From assembly GCA_963714275.1 (NCBI GenBank), contig CAVQNT010000006.1:128001-192000 (forward strand): a stretch of DNA of 64,000 nucleotides, in the 5' to 3' direction. Position numbers and translations under genes: made by a program. Origin of the DNA: Candidatus Bathyarchaeota archaeon. GTDB taxonomy: Archaea; Thermoproteota; Bathyarchaeia; Bathyarchaeales; DTEX01. The notes beneath the pieces are model-generated. The model did not search any database. It was not told the origin of the DNA and saw only the letters and a program-made list of their open reading frames with translations. Position 1 is the stretch's first letter; the number at the start of each line of letters is the position of its first letter. Below are positions 19,043-29,530 of this stretch, piece by piece.

Positions 19043-20179
19043 CTATGAAGGCACGTTTCTTCGGTATTTCCGGCTCAGCTTAACGAAAGCCAAAAAGTGG
19101 TTCTCACTCATCTCATAGGGCAAGCTCCCTTCGGAGCTAAGGATGAAGCCTCCTCCCGGACTGCCAATTCTGAGCCTGTCAACAATGTGCTGCCTAAGCT
19201 CCTTATTGTTCATGAAACCGATGTGCTTGCTTAAACCGCCTTGAAGGCAAAGATGGTCACCGAACAACTTCTTCAAAACTGCAAGGTCCATGTTGTCAGA
19301 CGGGCCAACGGGATTCAAAACGTCAAGCCCAGCCTCAACAAGCAAAGGAACAACGGCGTTAATGTTCCCGTGGCTGTGCATGTTCACGAAAGCCCCATAC
19401 CTGTGCGCTAGCTCAATGGCTTTTTTGTGCCAAGGAAAAATGAGCTTCTCGTAGAGCTCGGGATTCATGAAGGTCCCCTTATTGTAGCCCAAGTCGTCAA
19501 CCCAATTAATCATCATCGCACCCCGCTCCAAAAGGTTCCTCTCCGCCCGCAAATTAAACTCGCCAACCTTCTCAATTAGCTTCTCGAAAAGCCGTCTGTT
19601 AAAGTAAAGGTCCCTAAGAACAACGTAAAGTGGTCCACGCAGGAAATACCACACACCCGAAAAGAACCCGTTTATGCCACAGACAGGAAAGAACCCCCTC
19701 TCCACCACATATTTCATGGACTCCTCAAAACCCTCATACCTTCTAGAATCATCAGGGTCAGGCAGAACAAGCCCGCCTAAGTCATCCTCGCACTCAACAG
19801 GATACTTCACGTACTCTCTGACCCAAGTAGTCTTAGACGAGCCTACCCGCCAAACCGCACCAGTCTCCCACTCGTCCAAAAACCTTTCAGAATCAGCCTT
19901 CACCCTACTTTTGACCCTGAACCCTCCGCTTCCAACGCCTACAATGAAGGTGTCCAAAAACTCAGCCTCCTTCAAAGCTTCACGATACCAAGTAACCACC
20001 CTTTCAGGCGTTACAGACCTAGCTGCCTCAGAATCTCTCTTAACATCTAAGCCTCTTTTTTTCATGAGAGGCACAAATTTTGTTCTCGCCATCTCGTTCG
20101 TAAACTCAACAACCTGCGGCACAACGGACGGTTCCTCATGACGCAAAGCTGCTAACACGCATTCAAACCTGTTAACCAT
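19043..20179 (-). CDS. Uroporphyrinogen decarboxylase-like / MtaA-CmuA family protein
   Basis: DDLG, HSHGN, LQGG and GGGFILS motifs; likely start MVNRFE. Confidence 0.85.
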   Translation of the reverse strand: MVNRFECVLAALRHEEPSVVPQVVEFTNEMARTKFVPLMKKRGLDVKRDSEAARSVTPERVVTWYREALKEAEFLDTFIVGVGSGGFRVKSRVKADSERFLDEWETGAVWRVGSSKTTWVREYVKYPVECEDDLGGLVLPDPDDSRRYEGFEESMKYVVERGFFPVCGINGFFSGVWYFLRGPLYVVLRDLYFNRRLFEKLIEKVGEFNLRAERNLLERGAMMINWVDDLGYNKGTFMNPELYEKLIFPWHKKAIELAHRYGAFVNMHSHGNINAVVPLLVEAGLDVLNPVGPSDNMDLAVLKKLFGDHLCLQGGLSKHIGFMNNKELRQHIVDRLRIGSPGGGFILSSEGSLPYEMSENHFLAFVKLSRKYRRNVPS

Positions 20180-20489
20180 GAGACAGTTAACCATCCCTGC
20201 AACATAATTAAGGCATCTGAACATTGTAATGACCGTAATTGGAGCGAAAAAATTTAAAATTATCGATTCTTTTTTTAAGTGACACGCTTCTTCAGCTCAT
20301 TTTTTACTTATAATATAACTTTTAAGATACATTAAAGTTAACACCAATAACCATATTTATGCCCTCTTACCATATGACAAAGTAGTCATTACATATGCTC
20401 ATTTCACCTTTTTGGAAAACCTTATATTCACCGTAGGTTAACTAAAATCCAGCTTGTCGAATTTACATAAATGAAAGGAGAAAAAGAAC

Positions 20490-21596
20490 ATGCAAAGAAC
20501 CGTAACACAGGTTGTAAGTAAAACATCCGAAAAAACAATAGAAGAAATAGCCAGAGAATCAATCCCTCAAATATGCGTAATAGGCGCTGGAGGAGCAGGA
20601 TGCAACATCGTCTCATGGATGAAAGAAAAAGGAGTCGCAGGAGCAAGAATCTACGCGTTAAACACCGACGCCAAACACCTAGGCATAACCAGAGCTGACA
20701 GAAGAATCCTCATAGGATACCAGACATGCGGAGGACTCGGAACAGGCGGATTCACAGAACAAGGCACAAAAGCTGCAGAAGAAAGCGCAGGCGAAATCGA
20801 AAAAATCATCGCAGGTTCAGGCTTAGTCTTCATAACAGCAGGACTAGGCGGAGGAACAGGAACAGGCGCAGCACCAGTCATTGCCAGAATAGCAAAAGAA
20901 CTAGGAGTCTTAACCTTAGGCGTAGTCACCATTCCGTTTCAGGTTGAAAGAACCCGGATGGAGAAAGCAAAGGAAGGACTAAGCAGACTAGTGGAAGCAT
21001 GCGACGCAGTAGTCGTAATAGACAACTCAAAACTGAGAAAAATGGCTGGAGCATTACCGTTGTCAGAAGCATTCGCAGTAGCAAACGAGCTGATAGCCAA
21101 CTTCATCAAGAACATATCTGAAACCATTTCGATTCCAAGCCTTGTGAACTTAGATTTTGCCGACTTGAAAACAATCATGACAGGAGCCAAAATCTGCGCA
21201 ATCGGAATCGGCGAAGGGCAAGGAGACAATATGGTGGAAGAAGCTGTTGAAAAGGCATTGACTAACCAGCTCCTCGACATCGGCGACCTAAAGAAAAGTG
21301 AAGGCGGACTAGTCCACTTGGAAGGCGGAGATGACATGACATTGGAAGACGTCACAAGGGCAGGCGAAATCGTCATAAACCGAATGTCGCCAACCGCAAG
21401 AGTCTCTTGGGGAGCAAGAGTTAACAGCAAGCTAGAAGGTACAATGCGAGCGACAATAGTCCTAGGTGGAGTGCAAAGCCCATTCTTGGAAGCTGCCATT
21501 GCATCAGCAGCTTTAATACAACCCTCAGGTCCAGCGTTAGAAGCTGAAATCGTCAAAAAACCCGAACCCAAAAAGAAAGGGTTCTTTGGGTTCTAA
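20490..21596 (+). CDS. ftsZ: Cell division GTPase FtsZ
   Basis: GAGGAGCN, NTD, GLGGGTGTGAAP, NLDFAD T7 loop. Confidence 0.96.
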   Translation: MQRTVTQVVSKTSEKTIEEIARESIPQICVIGAGGAGCNIVSWMKEKGVAGARIYALNTDAKHLGITRADRRILIGYQTCGGLGTGGFTEQGTKAAEESAGEIEKIIAGSGLVFITAGLGGGTGTGAAPVIARIAKELGVLTLGVVTIPFQVERTRMEKAKEGLSRLVEACDAVVVIDNSKLRKMAGALPLSEAFAVANELIANFIKNISETISIPSLVNLDFADLKTIMTGAKICAIGIGEGQGDNMVEEAVEKALTNQLLDIGDLKKSEGGLVHLEGGDDMTLEDVTRAGEIVINRMSPTARVSWGARVNSKLEGTMRATIVLGGVQSPFLEAAIASAALIQPSGPALEAEIVKKPEPKKKGFFGF

Positions 21597-21623
21597 ACAA
21601 GGACCAACCAAGGTACTTTGGAG

Positions 21624-21895
21624 ATGAATGATGTGTCTCCTGAAACAATCGTCTACTCCATCATAATCTTCGCAGTCTTCGCAGTGGCAATCATCCTCTA
21701 TATCGTAGCCAGAGCATTCAAATCGCCCAACATCTTCTACGCACCGGAAGAAGCAACCACAAGCCTAGCCTCACAGTAACCTGCCCCAAATGCCGCTCAC
21801 GAAAACTGAAGCCAACGGGCAGTTACACACTCGGTTGCGAGGTCTGCGGCTTCACCTTCAGCGTCGGCGTAGTAAGAAGAAGAGAAGTACAGTAA
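21624..21895 (+). CDS. Small TM + zinc-ribbon protein (frameshift ~21745; absent from ORF track)
   Basis: MNDVSPETIVYSIIIFAVFAVAIILYIVARAF, then shifted frame LTVTCPKCRSRKLKPTGSYTLGCEVCGFTFSVG...VQ*. Confidence 0.7.
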
Positions 21896-22000
21896 AACAG
21901 TCGCCACAGACGAAACACTGGATGATGCTGAGAACAACCCTCAACATCCCCATACATTTTTTTAGCAAATTTTAGCTTTTAAAAGAAAAATATTTTGATA

Positions 22001-23371
22001 TTACAGTCCTCTGGTTTGCCTTTCTTTCATTGTTTTTTCAACAACCAATTCGACTTGTCTGACTGCAGTTCCCAGATAGTTTTCGGGATCAAGCGCCGCA
22101 TCAATCTCTTTTTTGTTAAGAAAGTGGCTTACAACCTTGTCTTTCAAAAGGACAGCTTTAAAAGGTGTTTTCTCGCCTTCGCTCTTTATTGCCAACTGGC
22201 GGACGAGTTCATGAGCTTCCTGCCTGTTCATCCCTTTCCCTGCCAAGGCTATCATGACAGCCTCCGACATTACCCGTCCATCCGTTAAGCCAAGGTTCTT
22301 TTTCATCCTTTCCTCGTCGACCTCTAGGTCGGACAGAACATTAACTATCAAAAATAGCATATAATCAACGAGAATACACGCCTCTGGAAGAACATACCTT
22401 TCAGACGACGATTGCGTCAAGTCCCTTTCCTGCCAAGTCGGAACGTTCTCTAAAGCTGGAACCACCAAGCCCCGCATGACCTTTGCCAATCCACAAACTC
22501 TTTCACAAAGCTCAGGGTTACGTTTATGAGGCATCGTTGAACTGCCAACCTGCTTCTTCTTCTCGAAAGGCTCAAAAACTTCCCCAATTTCGGTTCTCTG
22601 CAGTTCCCTTACTTCAGATGCAAACTTGTCCAAGCTGAGAAGCTATTAAGGCAAGCAAACAGACTAGTTCAGCATGCCTGTCTCTCTGAATTATTTGGGT
22701 AGAAACCTCTGCAGCTCTTATGTTAAGCCTCTTCATTACTAGGTCCTGAATTTCCGTGGCTTTTGACCCTAGACCTGCCTGGGTTCCCACTGCGCCGCTC
22801 ATCTTGCCAACCACTAGACGTTTTTCGCATTCGTTCAGCCTTTCAATGTGTCTGGAAACCTCTCTCATCCAAACAGACAATTTCAACCCGAACGTAATGG
22901 GTAAAGCGTGCTGTCCATGGGTTCTACCCATCATAATCGTGTTTTTGTAATGGTCAGCTGCTTTCAAGAGGATAAACTCAAACTCGTCTATCCTACTTTT
23001 TATTACCTTAATTGCTTCTTTCACTGAAGTGCCCTAGCAGTATCCACTATGTCGTAACTTGTTACCCCAAGGTGAATGTAAGCGCCGCTTGACCCACAAA
23101 CTTCTGCGAAGGCTTTGACAAGCGACATGACATCATGCTTAATCTCTTTCTCAATCTCCTTTACTCGGCTGAGCTTAACATGCTTTGTCGAGGCCAAATT
23201 AACGATTTTTTCCGCATCCTCACGGGGAATGTTCCCGACCTGCCCATGAGCCCAAGCCAGTGCTGCCTCAACGTCAAGCATTTTTTGAACGAAACTTTCC
23301 TCCTCGAAAATATGAAGCATCTCCGACGTTACATGACGACCTGTATCTATCGGAAGGATGGGCAACCACAT
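22001..23371 (-). CDS. purB: Adenylosuccinate lyase (two frameshifts)
   Basis: KHDV, GRTHGQHA and SSTMPHKRNP over three ORFs. Confidence 0.95.
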
Positions 23372-23465
23372 CGCCTCAAGATTAACTATTTCCGAAGCGG
23401 TAAATAAATATCTTCCATTTCATATTTGACCATTAAACATCCTGTTGATAGAATTTTGACAACAA

Positions 23466-24551
23466 GTGCCTTTGAGGAAAGAAATGATGAAAAAAACGGC
23501 GATAGTCTATTCACCCAAATTTCTGAACCACCAAACAGATCGCGGTCATCCAGAGTCTCCAAGAAGGCTGCAGACCATAATTGAAGGAATCAAACAAAGT
23601 CGGTTACTGGAACACGGAAATTGCACGTTCATCAGTCCCAAACCAGCGAGTCTCGAAAATCTGAAAATGGTTCACAATTCAAAATACATAAGACACGTCA
23701 AACATCTTTGCGAATCAGGCGGCGGCATACTTGACGAGGAAACCGAAACAATGGTTTCAAGACAGAGCTTCGAGGTTGCCCGACTTGCAGCTGGCGGAAC
23801 AATAGAGGCTGTAAACAAAGTTATGGCTGGCGAATTCAGTAACGCGTTTGTTCTCGCTAGACCACCTGGGCATCACGCTGGTCCCAGTTACGGCATGGGA
23901 TTCTGCGTTTTCAATAATGTCGCTGCAGCTGCAGATTACTTGGTTAGAAACTTCGGTCTTAGCCGAGTCCTGATTTTGGATATAGATTCGCATCATGGGA
24001 ATGGAACTCAGGAAATCTTCTATGGCACCAAAAAAATTCTTTATTTAAGTCTCCACGAAGACCCAACCGAATTTCCAGAATCAGGATTCATGGACGAAAT
24101 TGGCGAAGGGCAAGGACTCGGTTACACTGTCAACATTCCTTTCCCGTTTGGCACAGGAGATGCGGTGTACTGGAAAGCCATAAAAACCGTTGTGTTACCG
24201 ATCATGAGCCAGTTTAAACCCCAGTTTGTTTTAGTGTCCGCTGGATTCGACGGTCACTTCAGAGATATTGTCGGCGAGTTGTCATTATCTTCCCAAATAT
24301 ACCCAATGATTTTTCAGGCAGTCCTTGACTTTGTAAGAAAAATGTGCAAAGGTAGGGTGGTAGCTATGTTAGAAGGCGGCTACTGTCTCAGCGTTCTCAG
24401 AAAGGTTGTTCCAGTTGTAATCAGTCAGATGGCTGGTCAAAGAATCATGCTGCGTGGGAGAACTCCTCCTTTGGACTTAAATGTGCAAAAACAGGCAGAA
24501 AAAAGTCTTAAAGCTGTGAAAAGAATTCAGTCTGGTTTCTGGACCCTTTAG
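23466..24551 (+). CDS. Histone deacetylase family protein
   Basis: HPESP, RPPGHHA, GFCVFNN, DSHHGNGTQ, EGGY. Confidence 0.95.
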   Translation: MPLRKEMMKKTAIVYSPKFLNHQTDRGHPESPRRLQTIIEGIKQSRLLEHGNCTFISPKPASLENLKMVHNSKYIRHVKHLCESGGGILDEETETMVSRQSFEVARLAAGGTIEAVNKVMAGEFSNAFVLARPPGHHAGPSYGMGFCVFNNVAAAADYLVRNFGLSRVLILDIDSHHGNGTQEIFYGTKKILYLSLHEDPTEFPESGFMDEIGEGQGLGYTVNIPFPFGTGDAVYWKAIKTVVLPIMSQFKPQFVLVSAGFDGHFRDIVGELSLSSQIYPMIFQAVLDFVRKMCKGRVVAMLEGGYCLSVLRKVVPVVISQMAGQRIMLRGRTPPLDLNVQKQAEKSLKAVKRIQSGFWTL

Positions 24552-24580
24552 CCTAATTTGGATGTGTTGCCTGTCTTTTT

Positions 24581-24763
24581 TTACTCAATGACCTCAATGG
24601 CGTTTTCTGGACATTGGGTTTCACAAGCTCTGCAGACAAGGCATTCATCAACATTAACTGCGGATGTTTTGCTGTCTTTAAGTTCATATACGCCAACTGG
24701 GCACACGTCGACGCATGTTCCGCAACCAGTGCACTTGTCCAAGTTAATTTTGATTTTGACCAA
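24581..24763 (-). CDS. 2[4Fe-4S] ferredoxin
   Basis: Two CxxCxxCxxxCP motifs. Confidence 0.95.
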   Translation of the reverse strand: MVKIKINLDKCTGCGTCVDVCPVGVYELKDSKTSAVNVDECLVCRACETQCPENAIEVIE

Positions 24764-24928
24764 CTGCAGTTCACCTTTTGAAATTCTAATGACATGGCTC
24801 TCTGTTGAATAAAAGCTTTTTGGGATAGCTGAGTAAGGGTTTTATTATTGATTTGACAGTCGTTCCTCACTGCTTTATAGACATCAGAACATTTCAGAAT
24901 CGAGTCTAATTCGGACCATAAAAAGTCT

Positions 24929-26189
24929 TTAATGAATCTCTTCTTTAAGTCTTAGAAGCGTTTCCTCTATCGTGTTTTCCGCACGTTCCTTCATTCGATT
25001 GTATTCATCCAGCATTTTCCGGCGGGCTTCAGCAGTGATTTCTTTGCGGAGGAATCTTGCTTCCGCCCTTTCTATGTCATTTTTTAAGGTCTCTATCTCA
25101 TCTTCTGCTTTTTTGAGATGTTTCATCCGTTCCAGGTATTGTTCACTGGCAGCTGCAATTTTGTTACTCAGTTGCGACAGATCTTTATCAAGCCTTGAAA
25201 TGTGGTCGTCTACAGAGACTTTTCCTCAGTCTGTATTTGCGTCTGGAAAGTTTCCCTTTTTCGATTTGGTCTTCCATTGATTCTAACTCTGACCTTAACC
25301 TTCTCCGTTCCTCGTATCGATTAACAAAGTCTCTGAGGAGACTGGAAGAAAAGGGAACCTTAGCGACAACTGCGGCTGACGTTTTAAACAATTTTCGAGT
25401 AAAGAACACCGCACCAAAAAAAGCAACTGCGATTCCAGTCCAGAGAGCCGGTCTGAAAACTGCCCAAAGGATAAAGAACTGATACTGCAAAGTAATGGTC
25501 GATTCATTTATCTGCGTGAAATTGGCTTCCGCATATTCGACGCTTACCGAGAAGCCAGATTTCTGAACCAGAGAAGGTGTTTTCGAGGATGTTTGGTATT
25601 CTGCTCCTTCAGGCAGGGAAACCACAAGCGTGAACTGATTTACGAACCAGTCAGCGGGCTTGTTTAAGCTGATGTTTAACGTGCAGTCTTGCCACCCATT
25701 TTGTGTAATGTAAATGTTGGATGGAAGGTTGTATGCGACGAGAAGATTCGTTTTATGTTGTGAACTCAGGGTGTCTCTAAGATATATCCTGACAGCCACG
25801 TATGTTTCAGACTTCGTGATAGTTAAACTAGTCTGTTCGTATGTTCCAAAAATGTCTTGAGCGGTTATTGCTGAGGCGTTTAAGGGTAAGTAGAAACTGG
25901 CAATGCGTATACTTTCATTGGAATTGTTGATTACTACACATTTATCAGTGACCGAGATTCCTCCCCAAGCATCAATTTTCATGTCTCTCCTCCAATCATC
26001 AATAACGTAAGTATAATTCACTGTGGACGAGTCGTTTTCCCCGATTCCTCCAACATTGGATGCTTGGACATCCAGATAGGATTCTGCGTTAGCAGCCTTA
26101 ATATATACGGTTCCTAAGCACAAGACAAGAATTATTAACAATCCCTCTATCCTAAACAGCGAACGTCGCGTTAGCGGTCTTTTGCTCAA
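24929..26189 (-). CDS. Ribophorin I-like membrane protein with cytoplasmic coiled coil (frameshift ~25210)
   Basis: Signal peptide; RRDMKIDAWGGISVTD, YLPLNA..ITAQDIFG, VSLPEGA; TM helix; coiled-coil tail continues in 24929-25126. Confidence 0.65.
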
Positions 26190-26455
26190 TCTTTTCTCAA
26201 CCTCGAATTAGGGAAGCCACGGTCTATTTTTAGAGGAAATATGTTAGTTTATTGTCTTTTAAGTTTATGTATTTTTGAATCCAATGTGCTACTTTTAGTT
26301 TAAATGTTGAGTCCAATTTTAGTTTTTAAAAGGATTTCCATATTTCTATTGCACAAAACAATATAATTTTTAGTTGTATTACGACAAGTTCGTAAAAAGA
26401 TAGACCACATCGTTAATAATAAATGAATTAATGAATTTTACTGTTCAGAAAATTT

Positions 26456-26818
26456 CTATTCTTTTTTATTATTTTTCGATTCTGCCTGTCTTATGTAATA
26501 GTTTTCCCCCTTCTTTGCCCCGAAGCTTCTTACGCCTTTTTCTTTTAGCTGTTTCTTCAGCTTTGCTGCGTGGTTACTTGAAATCTCGCCCTTCTTTTCC
26601 AAGTAGTTGATGACTTCTATGGCTTGTTTTTCGTTGTCGCATCTTCTCAGAAAATCGATGACGTCAGGCTCGTAACCTTCCAACGTGTTGGAGGCTGCTT
26701 TCTCTCCGCTTTCGGGGTCTGAACGAACTGATTTCATCGTTAAACGGTTCTTTTCGTCAGTCATCTCTTCCGTCAGATGAGGAAACATCCTCTTGAATCG
26801 TTCTTTGTCCATGTTCAT
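26456..26818 (-). CDS. DUF2095 family protein
   Basis: FPHLTEE, GYEPDVIDFLRRC, GVRSFG. Confidence 0.8.
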   Translation of the reverse strand: MNMDKERFKRMFPHLTEEMTDEKNRLTMKSVRSDPESGEKAASNTLEGYEPDVIDFLRRCDNEKQAIEVINYLEKKGEISSNHAAKLKKQLKEKGVRSFGAKKGENYYIRQAESKNNKKE

Positions 26819-26888
26819 CTTTTTCGCCTTACTTTCACGAAGCTCTATAATTTCCTTCTTAATATCTTAAACGGTGTATGCGTCGAGA

Positions 26889-28466
26889 CTATACAAAACT
26901 TTTAAAACTCTCAGCCTCTTTAACAATGTCTCTTTTGTCCAGACCAACATTAATATTGTCCCAAGGTAAAGGCTCATCAAAATTCTTCTCTCGCAGGTAA
27001 CTTTCTATTTTTATTCCGGTTTCTTTCATGGCTCGTCGCCAAGCTCCTAATCCTCCACCATAAACAGCAGCAAGCTCAACTGTGTTACCAATCTCTCTAC
27101 CACCTCGGCTCAGGAAGGCTTGAATTTGAGCGTGACGAGGGTCAATGCCTTCAGTCACAAACCTTCTGTCGCCTTTAAACAGTTTCCTCAGCAGGTTCAG
27201 CTTCTCCCTTATGTTTGGCACGGACGCCATTTTTTCCCACTGAAACGGCGTGTGAGGTTTGGGAACCAACGGATTTACGCTGAGGTGAACAGATTTTGAC
27301 CCGTATCCTGCTTCTGCGATTCTTTTGGAAAGGTCCGTTATTGCCTTGACATCTTCCATGTTTTCTCCAGGTAGTCCAACCATGAAGTACAATTTTAGAC
27401 GGTTAACCCCCTGACTGAGAAGAACCTCAGCGGCATTAACCAAGGCGTCCATATCCATGTGTTTGCACGAAACATCAAGCATCCTGAGCGAAGCCGCATC
27501 AGGCGCCATTGAGACACTTTTTTGTTTTCCCTTGGCAAGCAGGTCAGCTAATTTTTCGGTGACGCTTTCAGGTCTTATTGAAGGAATTGACAGTTCGAAC
27601 CCGTGGGAAACAATGAATTCGCAGACGTCTTCAAGCCGTGAGTAATCGAATACGCTGGCGCCGATGAGCGAAACCTTGCCCACCGGGGTCAATTTTGTTC
27701 CTTCATCAATTATTTCCTCAACTTTCGCAAAGTTCCTTTCGCGTCTTGGATGGCTGATGTGCTTTAGGAGACAGAATCGGCATTGTCGACTGCAACCTCT
27801 GGTCTCTTCCACGGTGAACGTTTTGCCAAAAATTGTCATGTATGGGCTGTGGTCGTCAACGATTGGAACTTGCTGTGCTACTGGATGAAATGTTTCATTG
27901 AGGTTGTGGGTCCAAACTCTCTCTGTCGGATTCGAAATTTGAGAAACATACACGCCTTCTATGTCAGCGAACGCCTTTATGCGCCCTCGGTCTCCTTTAT
28001 AGGCTTTTAACTGGTCAACCATTTCATCTAGTATGGGCTCAACCTCTCCTATGACAAAAAAGTCAATGAAGTCAGACATAGGCTCGGGATTAGCTGTCGC
28101 GCATGGACCGCCAGCGACTACAATTGGGTCTCCGTTTTTTCTGTCTTCTCTTCTCGGCGGAACACCTGACCTTAATAGCATCTGAACGATGTTAGTGTAG
28201 TCCTCTTCGTATTGAAGGGTGAAGGCGACAACATCAAACTTCTTCAAAGGCTGGTTGGATTCAAGGCTTGTCCAAGGCTCTTTCAACGTAGGAATGAAGA
28301 ACCGTTCGCAGAGGACATCGTCACGCATGTTGAACAACGTATAAATCAGCTTAATCGTTAATCCGCTCATTCCAGCCCGGTAAACGTTAGGATAGCACAA
28401 CCCGATTTTGAGGTCTACTTTTCTCCAGTCCTTCTTTATGACGTTAAGCTCAGGCACAACAGTCAA
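26889..28466 (-). CDS. B12-binding-like radical SAM protein
   Basis: YPNVY..GMS, AGGPCATANPEP, CSRQCRFC, PKPHTPFQW. Confidence 0.9.
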   Translation of the reverse strand: MTVVPELNVIKKDWRKVDLKIGLCYPNVYRAGMSGLTIKLIYTLFNMRDDVLCERFFIPTLKEPWTSLESNQPLKKFDVVAFTLQYEEDYTNIVQMLLRSGVPPRREDRKNGDPIVVAGGPCATANPEPMSDFIDFFVIGEVEPILDEMVDQLKAYKGDRGRIKAFADIEGVYVSQISNPTERVWTHNLNETFHPVAQQVPIVDDHSPYMTIFGKTFTVEETRGCSRQCRFCLLKHISHPRRERNFAKVEEIIDEGTKLTPVGKVSLIGASVFDYSRLEDVCEFIVSHGFELSIPSIRPESVTEKLADLLAKGKQKSVSMAPDAASLRMLDVSCKHMDMDALVNAAEVLLSQGVNRLKLYFMVGLPGENMEDVKAITDLSKRIAEAGYGSKSVHLSVNPLVPKPHTPFQWEKMASVPNIREKLNLLRKLFKGDRRFVTEGIDPRHAQIQAFLSRGGREIGNTVELAAVYGGGLGAWRRAMKETGIKIESYLREKNFDEPLPWDNINVGLDKRDIVKEAESFKSFV

Positions 28467-28763
28467 TCTAAAGCACTGTCCGAACCAATCAAGAAAAACA
28501 AACCGTAGCCATTAAGTCTAACTGAAAATAAGATGAAAAGAATGGTTTTATTGAACCTTAGAACCTCATAGGGGATATTTTTTTATGAATGAATCTTTGC
28601 TTAGGAACCCTTGATGCTGAGTAAGACCCAAGTCATTAACTACATCATCGTTTATTTCGCATCAAATAATTTGGGCTTTAAGGTCAAGGTCTCATATAAC
28701 AATTTCAGCATAATCGCATGAAGTGGACCATGCAAATGTGTGAAAAGTTACCTTTAAATTCTT

Positions 28764-29390
28764 TTAACTAGCTGTTTCAGCGACCACTTCAGGCGTTGCT
28801 TCGACCTCGGCTGTCGGTCTTGAAATAAGTTTTGTTTTCCTTATGCCCACATGGCGTAATGGCGATATTTTCTTTGCTTCATTGTAAATGTCAGAGGCAA
28901 TTTTGCCTAAGACAATTTCCTGTACAACCTGATCGAACGTAAGTGAGGCTGTCTTGGCCTCAATTATTTTGTGCATGATTGCGCGTATCTCTTTTTCCTG
29001 AGATGTTCTTATTCTCGTAAGAGTGAAGGCGCATGCTGAAACTCTCATTTTGTAACCGTCTTTTGTGGTGACAGCAACGATGCGGTCAATTCTGGTGGTC
29101 CTTCTTCTAACAAGGCTTCTCAGATAGTCCCTCGAATATTCATGTCCTTTGAATATGGTTAAAGCCCGTCTTCCATCTATACCGATTACCTGGAAATACA
29201 TTTTCAGGTACTGGTGGGCGAAATCCTCAGTTATGTCGTAAAGGGTGGATTCAACAGTCCTTCCAATGATGTTTTCAATCTCATCAGTAGGTATGGACCC
29301 GATTTCGACGCCTCCGAAATATCCCGGAGCAACCACACTGTACCATTTCTTACTGCGCCACTTGTCTTTGACGCGGCCTGGTTTTGACAC
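28764..29390 (-). CDS. rps3ae: 30S ribosomal protein S3Ae (eS1)
   Basis: KDKWRSKKWY, DYLRSLVRRRT, TKDGY. Confidence 0.96.
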   Translation of the reverse strand: MSKPGRVKDKWRSKKWYSVVAPGYFGGVEIGSIPTDEIENIIGRTVESTLYDITEDFAHQYLKMYFQVIGIDGRRALTIFKGHEYSRDYLRSLVRRRTTRIDRIVAVTTKDGYKMRVSACAFTLTRIRTSQEKEIRAIMHKIIEAKTASLTFDQVVQEIVLGKIASDIYNEAKKISPLRHVGIRKTKLISRPTAEVEATPEVVAETAS

Positions 29391-29530
29391 TCCGAAACAC
29401 CACTAATGATTCATGTTATTGAAAAAAATGAAGTATTAAAAGGTTTAGTGACCTGAAACAAATGCCTTTGCTACTGTATGTTTATATTTTTGCCAATTGA
29501 TTTAATTTAGGAATATTTGGAGTCCTCAGC

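Noticed and set aside
21790-21975. 61-aa ORF after ftsZ
   Set aside because: Wrong frame; the zinc-ribbon frame explains this sequence better.
26300-26365. Possible fourth copy of the dispersed repeat (GTCCAATTT...TTGCACAAAACAA)
   Set aside because: Similarity too weak in AT-rich DNA.
28583-28620. C/D-like boxes in the intergenic region
   Set aside because: Boxes are degenerate and guide spacing is wrong.
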